The notes beneath the pieces are model-generated. The model made no database searches and was not told the DNA's origin. It was given only the letters and a program-made list of their open reading frames with translations. DNA of 64,000 bases from an uncultured Actinomycetota bacterium (GTDB taxonomy: Bacteria; Actinomycetota; Actinomycetes; Propionibacteriales; Propionibacteriaceae). This document shows, in pieces, positions 33,671 to 41,113 of the stretch. The stretch lies in the NCBI GenBank assembly GCA_963808435.1, contig CAWEFW010000049.1, forward strand, positions 3,707-67,706. Direction: 5' to 3'. The position numbers were made by a program, and so were the translations under genes. The stretch's first letter is position 1. Each line of letters starts with the position of its first letter.

Positions 33671-34023
33671 TGCGGGCCTGACGCCAGCTCGTCCTGCACC
33701 CGCCGGACCTGGTCGCGCGCGGTCGCCAGCCGGACCGAGTCGCCCAGGTCCGCCTCGACGAAGTACCGCTCGATCTCGCCGGCGAGGTGGGAAGCTTCCG
33801 CGAACCCGAAGGTGCCCGCCGACCCGACGAGCTGGTGGGCGACCTCGGTGGCCTCCCGGCGGCCCGACTCGTCCAGAGAGCCGGCCGCCACCTCGGCCAA
33901 CGCTTCGCTCAGTCGGTCGGCCCGGGACAGGTTCGCGGAGCGGGCGTGACCGCCGATGGACTCCACCACCGCGCGCAGCCGGTCCTCGGCGACGTCGTCG
34001 GGGCCGGCGTTGTCGACGTTCAC
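33634..34023 (-). CDS. Stand-alone Hpt (histidine phosphotransfer) protein
   Basis: 'AHQLVGSAGTFGF' Hpt motif; GTG overlaps the stop of the upstream response regulator. Confidence 0.85.
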   Translation of the reverse strand: MNVDNAGPDDVAEDRLRAVVESIGGHARSANLSRADRLSEALAEVAAGSLDESGRREATEVAHQLVGSAGTFGFAEASHLAGEIERYFVEADLGDSVRLATARDQVRRVQDELASGPHYQPDDEADPTS

Positions 34024-34406
34024 GTCGTCGCCTCCGCCCAGCCCAGCAGCGCGGCCATGTCGGCCGCCAGGGTCATCGGGTTGAAGGGCTTGGGAATGAC
34101 CCCGGCCAGACGCAGCGACTGCCACTCCCCCAGATCGTCGGACGGCACCTTGGCCGTCAGGAAGATGATCGGGATGTCGCAGGTGGCCGGGTCGGCCCGT
34201 AACGCGTTGACCGTCGTAGGGCCGTCGAGGCCAGGCATCATCACGTCGAGCAAGATGGCGTCGGGCCGTTCGACCCGAGCCTGCTGCTGTGCCTCACCGC
34301 CCGAGTGTGCGGTGCTGACCTTCCAGCCGCCGACCAGCTCCAAGGCGGTCTGCGCCACCTCCCGCAGCATGGCGTCGTCGTCGACCACAAGGATCCGCCG
34401 AGTCAT
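34020..34406 (-). CDS. Single-domain response regulator (CheY-like)
   Basis: 'ILVVDDD', 'ILLDVMMPGLDG', 'IIFLTAK', 'IPKPF'; only this 3' part of ORF 34020-36899 is coding. Confidence 0.95.
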   Translation of the reverse strand: MTRRILVVDDDAMLREVAQTALELVGGWKVSTAHSGGEAQQQARVERPDAILLDVMMPGLDGPTTVNALRADPATCDIPIIFLTAKVPSDDLGEWQSLRLAGVIPKPFNPMTLAADMAALLGWAEATT

Positions 34407-34550
34407 CGTCGGATCCTGCCGGGTTGGACCACCGGTCCACGGCGAAGATCGCCGTCGAGGCTGCTCACGCCCTGACACCTTCCTGCAGAGTGCGCCGGGC
34501 CCCGGCACCGACGCGCCCATGGTACGAAACTCCGATGGTAGCGTCGCCTC

Positions 34551-36755
34551 ATGGAGGGACTGTCCGGTCCCCAAGCAACGGGGACTTGGCGATTCCGTCG
34601 GATGGTCGTTGTCGCCGCCCTCCTCGTGCTTCTTTTCGCCATCCTCCTGCTCAGCCCAGTGCCGCAGCCGATCAGGCTGACCGTTACCGGTGTGGGCATG
34701 ATCGGCGGCGCCCTCACCATGGCCGCCGGATTCCGGATACGAGCCATTCAGGCTGGCCGCACCCGGCACGACCCCGAGGCGGACCGGCGGCGGCGGGCCT
34801 GGAATACGGTCGCACTGGCCGGTGTGCTTGCCGCGGTCTCGAACGTGCTCCTGATCGGCGCGGCGGCGACCGGCCCGCCAGTCAACCGCGGTCCGAGTAA
34901 TGTCGTCCTCGGTTTGGCCCTGCTGGCCGGCGCGGCCGGAGTCGCGGCCTTCCCGCTTGCCCGGCGCCGGGCGACCGACCTCGCCCGGATGGCGCTGGAC
35001 GGGGTCGTCCTGGCTGGGTCGGCTCTCTTCGTGCTCAGTGTTCTCGTCTTCCCTGAGCTTCTGACCCGAGCGGACGCCGGCGGTGCGTTCAGTCTCGCCG
35101 TCCCGGTCGCCGACGTGATCCTCGGAATCGTTGCCGCCCTGCTGTTCCTGCGCGCGGCGCCGCCCGACCGGCCGCCACTCGGGATCGCGGCTGCCGGCTT
35201 CTTCTGCTATGCCGCTACGGATTTCGCGGACGCGATGGGTTCGGGTTACCAGGCGACCTACACATTCGGCACGATCACCGACATCGGTTGGGTCCTCGGC
35301 TACGCGCTGTTCGCACTGGCCGCATTCAGCCCGGGCAGCGAGGCGACACCGCGCGGCGAGCGCCCGGTCGAGCGCGCGCCAGTGCTCGGCACCATCATCA
35401 TGTTCTGCCTGTTCCTGGGGGCAACGGTGTTCAGCCTCGTCCGGTCGGACGGCCAGGAATGGAGTCCGACCGCCACCGGGCTCGCCATCGTCGTGCTGCT
35501 GGCGGTGATGGGGCGCCAGGTCCTGTTGATCGTCGACAACGACCGGCTCCGACGGGACCTCGAACAGCGGGTAGAGGAACGAACCCGCTCGCTGCGCCAG
35601 CTCTCCCAGCAGAGCCAGCTGCTGGTCACGTCGGTCGGCGACGGCATCTACGGTGTCGATGCGGCCGGGATGGTGACGTTCGTGAACCCGGCAGCCCTCG
35701 AGGTTCTGGGCTACCAGGCAGGCGAGCTGATCGGACGGGACGCTCACACGAGCTTCCACGCCAAGCGTGCGGACGGGACGCCTTACGCGGTCGACTCCTG
35801 CTATGTGACCGAGGCAATCACCGAGCACAAGGTGACCAGTGCCGAAGAGGACAACTACCTGAGGGCCGACGGCCGGCTGGTTCCGGTCGAGGTCACCGCC
35901 ACCCCCTTGATCGACGACGGTCGGGCGATCGGGGCGGTGATGGTGTTCCGCGACGTGACCCAGCGCCGCGAGGTCGACCGGATGAAGAGCCAGTTCGTCT
36001 CCATCGTCAGCCACGAGCTGCGGACGCCGGTGACTGCGATCCGCGGCGCCCTCGGCCTCCTCGCTGGCGGGGCCGTGGGCGAGCTGAGCCCGTCGGCCCA
36101 GCGGATGGTCGACATCGCCCTGGTCAGCAGCGACCGGCTGGGTCGGCTGATCAACGAAATCCTCGACGTCGAGCGGATCGAGTCCGGGATGATGTCGATG
36201 GAGCTGGACATCCACGCCTGCCGGCCGCTGATCGAGTCGGCGGTCAGCCAGGTGCAGGTTCTGGCCGAGGACGCAGGCGTGCGGGTCAGTATCGGCGCTG
36301 CGGAGGGGCAGGTGTTCGCCGACGCCGATCGGGTGGTGCAGACCCTGCTGAACCTGCTGGGCAACGCGATCAAGTTCTCCCACACCGGCGGCAACGTTTC
36401 GGTCCGATCCGAGGCGAAGGGCGAGTTCATTGAGTTCGCGATTCGTGACGACGGCCGCGGCATCCCCGAGGACAAGCTGGACGAGGTCTTCTCCCGGTTC
36501 CACCAGGTCGACTCCTCCGACGCGCGGGAGAAGGCCGGCTTCGGGCTCGGCCTGTCGATCAGCCGCAGCATCGTAGAGCGGCTGGGCGGCCGGATCTGGG
36601 CTCGCAACAACGCCGGCGCAGGCGCAACGTTCTTCTTCACCCTGCCGGCCCCTCGGCCGGTCGACGGTGCGGCGAACGGGACCGGCCGGCCGCGCGAGGC
36701 CACGTTCGTCGACGCTAGCAAGAATCTTTCCGAGCCGGCGAAAGGTAAGTTTTAA
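34551..36755 (+). CDS. Membrane-bound PAS-domain sensor histidine kinase
   Basis: Many N-terminal TM helices, PAS 'GIYGVDAAGMVTFVNPAA', H-box 'SHELRTP', N-box 'NLLGNAIKF', 'DDGRGIP', 'GFGLGLSI'. Confidence 0.95.
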   Translation: MEGLSGPQATGTWRFRRMVVVAALLVLLFAILLLSPVPQPIRLTVTGVGMIGGALTMAAGFRIRAIQAGRTRHDPEADRRRRAWNTVALAGVLAAVSNVLLIGAAATGPPVNRGPSNVVLGLALLAGAAGVAAFPLARRRATDLARMALDGVVLAGSALFVLSVLVFPELLTRADAGGAFSLAVPVADVILGIVAALLFLRAAPPDRPPLGIAAAGFFCYAATDFADAMGSGYQATYTFGTITDIGWVLGYALFALAAFSPGSEATPRGERPVERAPVLGTIIMFCLFLGATVFSLVRSDGQEWSPTATGLAIVVLLAVMGRQVLLIVDNDRLRRDLEQRVEERTRSLRQLSQQSQLLVTSVGDGIYGVDAAGMVTFVNPAALEVLGYQAGELIGRDAHTSFHAKRADGTPYAVDSCYVTEAITEHKVTSAEEDNYLRADGRLVPVEVTATPLIDDGRAIGAVMVFRDVTQRREVDRMKSQFVSIVSHELRTPVTAIRGALGLLAGGAVGELSPSAQRMVDIALVSSDRLGRLINEILDVERIESGMMSMELDIHACRPLIESAVSQVQVLAEDAGVRVSIGAAEGQVFADADRVVQTLLNLLGNAIKFSHTGGNVSVRSEAKGEFIEFAIRDDGRGIPEDKLDEVFSRFHQVDSSDAREKAGFGLGLSISRSIVERLGGRIWARNNAGAGATFFFTLPAPRPVDGAANGTGRPREATFVDASKNLSEPAKGKF

Positions 36756-36825
36756 GTCTCCCGGTACCGTGGGCATCGCCGATGGATCACCCCATCCCCC
36801 CGACGGTGACCCACAGGAGGCCGCG

Positions 36826-37404
36826 GTGGAGAGACCACCCGATCGCGTCCCGCATGCCGGGGTGCCGGACGCCCCCCTGGTCGGCAGCCGGAGCGGCACC
36901 AGCCGGCTGCTGATCAGAGTCAGCGCGGGATCCGGCTCGGGGCCTACCCGGCTGGCCGCGTTCGACTCGGCCCTCTTCGCCGCCGGCGCGGCCGGCTACA
37001 ACATCGTCCGGCTCAGCTCGGTGATCCCACCGCACGCGTTCGTGCGCGAGGTCCCGGGCCCGGAGCAAGTGCAAGGCGTACCAGGCAACGTCGCCTACTG
37101 CGTCTACGCCGCCGCCTACGCCAGCAACCCCGGCGACCAAGCCTGGGCCGGGCTGGCGTGGGCCACCGACCGGGAACAGGCGGGCGCGGGTGTGTTCGTC
37201 GAGCACACCGCGTGCTCGGAGTCGGTGGTGCGACGCGATCTCTACGCCACGGTCGAGGCCATGTCCCAAACCCGGGGCAGCCGGTACCGGATGGCCGGCC
37301 AGACCGTCAGCTCCGCGGTCTGCGTCGACCATCCGGTCTGCGCGGTCGTGGTCGCCACCTACGGCACGGCGGGATGGAGCGACCTACTCAACTCGGAGGG
37401 ATAG
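36826..37404 (+). CDS. Pyruvoyl-dependent arginine decarboxylase-like protein (PdaD family)
   Basis: 'LAAFDSALFAAGAAGYNIVRLSSVIPP' with the Ser-Ser self-cleavage site; AGGAGG RBS before GTG 36826. Confidence 0.8.
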   Translation: MERPPDRVPHAGVPDAPLVGSRSGTSRLLIRVSAGSGSGPTRLAAFDSALFAAGAAGYNIVRLSSVIPPHAFVREVPGPEQVQGVPGNVAYCVYAAAYASNPGDQAWAGLAWATDREQAGAGVFVEHTACSESVVRRDLYATVEAMSQTRGSRYRMAGQTVSSAVCVDHPVCAVVVATYGTAGWSDLLNSEG

Positions 37405-37407
37405 ATC

Positions 37408-38001
37408 ATGAGTATTTCGACCGAACCTCAGCCGGGCACGGAGATCTGGACCAAAGGCGGACCGTGGCGGTTCACCCGGGAATTCGTGATCGACAAGGCT
37501 GCCGCAGGCGTCCTGTACTCGCTCTACCACAGTGCGTTCGAGCCCCTCAAGATCCGTGCCGCCGCGCGTCAGGTGCTGACCCGGACCGAGTTCTTCGCCC
37601 AGATGGGGGACGACAGAATCGACAAGTATGTGGCTTGGGAGCCGGACGGCCAGCCGATCGGCTTGATCACGCTGACCCGGCACCTGGACGCAGTGCCTTG
37701 GGTGAGCCCGGAGTACTTTGCCACCCGGTTTCCGGAACAGTGGGCCCGGAAGGCCGTCTACTACCTTGGATACGTGCTTGCCCAGCCTGTCACCCGACGT
37801 ACACAGTTCCTGGAGACCATCTGCCGGGTGTGCATCGAGCCATTAGTTGCGGAACGGGCAGTAATTGCGTATGACGTGTGTTCTTATAACAATGACATGC
37901 TGCGCTTCGCGGATCGCATCTCCCGGGTGGCACGGCAGTTCGCTAGCTCCCATGTTCACAAGCTCGACGCCCAGGTCTACTACGCCGTGAATCTCGCATG
38001 A
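37408..38001 (+). CDS. Hypothetical protein, possible GNAT-like acyltransferase fold
   Basis: GGAGGGA RBS; 'KYVAWEPDGQPIGLITL' and 'YYLGYVLAQPVTRR' echo GNAT strand/motif-A patterns. Confidence 0.6.
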   Translation: MSISTEPQPGTEIWTKGGPWRFTREFVIDKAAAGVLYSLYHSAFEPLKIRAAARQVLTRTEFFAQMGDDRIDKYVAWEPDGQPIGLITLTRHLDAVPWVSPEYFATRFPEQWARKAVYYLGYVLAQPVTRRTQFLETICRVCIEPLVAERAVIAYDVCSYNNDMLRFADRISRVARQFASSHVHKLDAQVYYAVNLA

Positions 38002-38828
38002 ACTCTGCCCCGCCACCACGGGTCGCCGTGGTTATCGAAGACGACGCAGACATTCGGAACCTGCTCGAGGCCATCCTCGGGCAGGCCGGCTTCACCTGTC
38101 ACACCGCCGGAACCGGTCCGGAGGGCATCGCGGCCATCCGCGACCACCAGCCGATCCTGACCACGCTGGACATCAGCCTGCCCGGGATCGACGGGTTCGA
38201 GGTCGCCCGCCAGATCCGCAGCTTCAGCTCGACGTACATCGTCATACTGTCGGCCCGGGACGAGGAGATCGACACCTTGATGGGGTTGGACGCCGGGGCG
38301 GACGACTACCTGACCAAGCCGTTCCGTCCCCGCGAGCTCCGGGCCCGGATCGAGGCCATGCTGCGGCGCTACCACCTCAGCCAGCCGCTGGTCACCGCCG
38401 GCGCTCCGGCAGCCGGCCGATCGGCACCGCTGACTCCTCTGTCCCCGGCGTCCCCGGCCGAGCCCGAGTTCAACAGCGAGGCCGACGGCGAGGGCGGCTG
38501 GCTGCGCCACAACGGACTGCGGATCAACGCCGAAATGTGGCTGTGCGACCTGGACGGCGCCCCGGTCGAGCTCACCCGTAGCGAGTTCGACCTGCTGATG
38601 GCGATCATGTCCGGGGCCCGACGGGTGATCTCGAAGGACAGGCTCGCGCTGGAGCTGCGCGGGGACTACGGAGGCAGCAGCAGCTACGTCAGCGACTCCG
38701 ACCGGCGGGCGGTCGAGGTGCACATGGCCAACCTGCGCCGCAAGATCAACGACCCCGTGGGGTCGCCCCGCTACATCGAGACCGTACGGGGGGTCGGCTA
38801 CCGCCTGGCCGAGGTCCAGCGCCGCTGA
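37998..38828 (+). CDS. OmpR/PhoB-family response regulator
   Basis: 'VVIEDD', 'LDISLPGIDG', 'GADDYLTKPF', winged helix 'ELTRSEFDLL...VHMANLRRKI...IETVRGVGYRL'. Confidence 0.96.
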   Translation: MNSAPPPRVAVVIEDDADIRNLLEAILGQAGFTCHTAGTGPEGIAAIRDHQPILTTLDISLPGIDGFEVARQIRSFSSTYIVILSARDEEIDTLMGLDAGADDYLTKPFRPRELRARIEAMLRRYHLSQPLVTAGAPAAGRSAPLTPLSPASPAEPEFNSEADGEGGWLRHNGLRINAEMWLCDLDGAPVELTRSEFDLLMAIMSGARRVISKDRLALELRGDYGGSSSYVSDSDRRAVEVHMANLRRKINDPVGSPRYIETVRGVGYRLAEVQRR

Positions 38829-38853
38829 CCCGAGATGGTGAGGCGCCGGTCGG

Positions 38854-39156
38854 TCAGTGCGCGGACCGAAACTGCTGGTGCACCCGAACGACTTCCTTGG
38901 TCATCGCCATCACCAGGGCCGGTACGACGTGCTTCTGCTGACGCTCGACCGCTCCCCGCAGCAACCCCGCGATAGAAGCCAGCTCCTTGGCCCCCACCAT
39001 CGAGCTCGTGGACTCCAGGCTAAGCAGCGAGATGTGGGCGGTCAGGTCGTTCCCCGACTCGAGCTGCGTGGTGATGGTGGCAACGCGCTCGTCGATCAGG
39101 CCAAGGTAGTCCTGCACGAAGCGGGCCATGATCGCGTCGTCTTCCTGTCTCGCCAT
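38854..39156 (-). CDS. Hpt-like four-helix protein lacking the canonical His
   Basis: 'FVQDYLGLIDERV...LLSLESTSSMVGAKELASIA'; start may instead be at 39408. Confidence 0.7.
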   Translation of the reverse strand: MARQEDDAIMARFVQDYLGLIDERVATITTQLESGNDLTAHISLLSLESTSSMVGAKELASIAGLLRGAVERQQKHVVPALVMAMTKEVVRVHQQFRSAH

Positions 39157-39560
39157 GTTCCCATCCGTCTGGGGAAGAGTGACCGGCCTCGGGACCTCGG
39201 AACGCGCCGAGGCCGATCCTCCCCCTGACCCGTCACGAACGGGTTCTCCCCCACCGACGAGGCCGCTCCCCGCGGCGATCTCATCCGGCGTCACCTGGTC
39301 GTCCCCTGTGCCGACCCAGCGCGCAGCACGCCCTGCGGCCCCCGATCCGCAGCGGGCGCGTGCGTCCCAGGACGTTCCCCGATGCGTCCCGAGAGTACGT
39401 ACGGCCATGCGGGCTGCCCCGACCCACTCGCGATGACCACTCCTGTGCCACCTGCCCTCCGAGACATCAGGTCCCGGGCGCCGACCTGTCCCTGGTCAGG
39501 TCAGGCAAGATCAGCATGGTCCGATGGACTCGGGCCGTAGTCCGGTTAGGGCTAAGCGCC

Positions 39561-39590
39561 GCTCAAGATTGGCTCAAGATTGGTCAATTG
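39561..39590. promoter_or_regulatory. 11-bp direct repeat, candidate OmpR-family binding site
   Basis: GCTCAAGATTG x2 followed by a partial third copy, upstream of the Hpt-like gene. Confidence 0.45.
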
Positions 39591-39607
39591 TGCCGAACGG
39601 CGTACTT

Positions 39608-40711
39608 TCACCGCAGCCGGTAGAACCGGAAGAACGCGAAGCCCTCGATCGGCAGCACGTCCACACCGGCGAACCCGGCCTCGGAGGCGTACGCAGCGAG
39701 CCGCGACCGGCGCATCACAGTCCCGGTGCCCGCCGAGGGCGAGCTCGAGAGACCGTCGGGCAGACAGATCAGCGTGCTGTAGCCGTACATCGCCCGCTCG
39801 ACGACGTCTCCCGGCGCGATGAACTCGTCCGCCACCGCCTCGTCCATGACCACGACCAGGCCGTCGCGCCTCACCGCGCGGCGCACCGCCGCCAGCACCT
39901 CCACCGGCCGGGGCATGTCGTGCAGCGCCTCGAAGACGAACGCGGCGTCGAAGGCGTCCGACTGGTCCAGCGCAGCGCCGCCGGGGTCGGTGAAGCTGAT
40001 CCGGTTGCTCAGCCCGGCCTCCTCCGCATGCGCCCGGGCAGCCCTAACCGACGGCGCATCGATGTCGATACCGGTCACCGTCGCCTCCGGATAGGCCCGG
40101 GCCAGCGCGAGGGTGGACCAGCCCTCGCCACAACCGACATCGGCGATCCGGCAGCCCGGTGTGGACAACACCGCGTGCGCGTCCGGTACGCCGGCCAAGG
40201 CCGGACCCAGCTCCGTCTCGAACCATGGCCGGTTGGTGGCGGCCTGCGACTCGCGGGCGTCGGCCCCCAACTGGGACCAGCTCACCCCGCCGCCGGACCG
40301 GTAGGCGGCTAGCAGGTCCTCCAGGTGCAGGCCGACCGCCGCAAACATCCGGGGCAGCGCACCGAGATAGCTCAGGCTGTGCTCGTCGGTCAGCACCTCA
40401 GCCGCGGCAGGCGGCAGCTCGTAACGCCGGCCCGCCGGGTTCTCCACGTCGTCCTCGGTGACCACCACGTTGCCGTAGACCGCCTGCATCTCCAGCCACT
40501 CGACGGCGTAGCGCTCAGCGGTCTCGGTCTGCGCCGCCAGCTGGGCGGGAGTCAGCGGCCCGGCGGCAACTGCGGCCAGCCAGCCCAGCCGCTCCCCCAG
40601 GTAGAGACTGAAGGTCTCCATGGTGCCCAGCAGGGCGGTGAAGATCTTGTCCGCGAAAACCTCGGTCGCGCATGCGGCACTCGACTCGGAAACAGCGTCG
40701 GTCGCGGTCAT
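39608..40711 (-). CDS. Class I SAM-dependent methyltransferase with N-terminal winged-helix (Rv2258c-like)
   Basis: 'YLGERLGW...ERYAVEWLE', 'IADVGCGEG', 'FEALHDMPRP'. Confidence 0.9.
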   Translation of the reverse strand: MTATDAVSESSAACATEVFADKIFTALLGTMETFSLYLGERLGWLAAVAAGPLTPAQLAAQTETAERYAVEWLEMQAVYGNVVVTEDDVENPAGRRYELPPAAAEVLTDEHSLSYLGALPRMFAAVGLHLEDLLAAYRSGGGVSWSQLGADARESQAATNRPWFETELGPALAGVPDAHAVLSTPGCRIADVGCGEGWSTLALARAYPEATVTGIDIDAPSVRAARAHAEEAGLSNRISFTDPGGAALDQSDAFDAAFVFEALHDMPRPVEVLAAVRRAVRRDGLVVVMDEAVADEFIAPGDVVERAMYGYSTLICLPDGLSSSPSAGTGTVMRRSRLAAYASEAGFAGVDVLPIEGFAFFRFYRLR

Positions 40712-41113
40712 GAACGCTCGCTCTCAGACGTCGGGCCTGGGTGTGCACGATATCGCCGGAGAACACTCGTGCCTCCCACCAGAGGCGAGAGGCACGAGCA
40801 AAATCCCCGAGCACGAGCGGCCGTGGGTCACGCGACGGGTACCCCAGACGCTGGCGGCGAGGCGCATCTCTGCCGACCTCACCGACAACGTGAGCGGTGC
40901 TCGTCCGACCACACCCCGACGTTCCCTCCCCCATAGAGGAACGTTCAAAGTGAACGCTGTCGAAGGGCGATGCCCGTCAGTAATTGGCGAACCAACTACT
41001 GACAGTTCACGAAATTAGCCCCGGCCCGGATGAGTGTCGAGGCCAAACCCCCCGTTTGTCCGCTTCTGGCCATGTCAAAAAACGGACACCTTCGGCGGGG
41101 TGGTTACGAGATG

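Noticed and set aside
34407-36899. N-terminal ~830 aa of the 959-aa minus-strand ORF
   Set aside because: Antisense to the histidine kinase; only the last 128 aa (receiver domain from ATG 34406) are credible.
41005-41050. Hammerhead ribozyme (GATGAG seen)
   Set aside because: Lacks the CUGAUGA core and a correctly placed GAAA.
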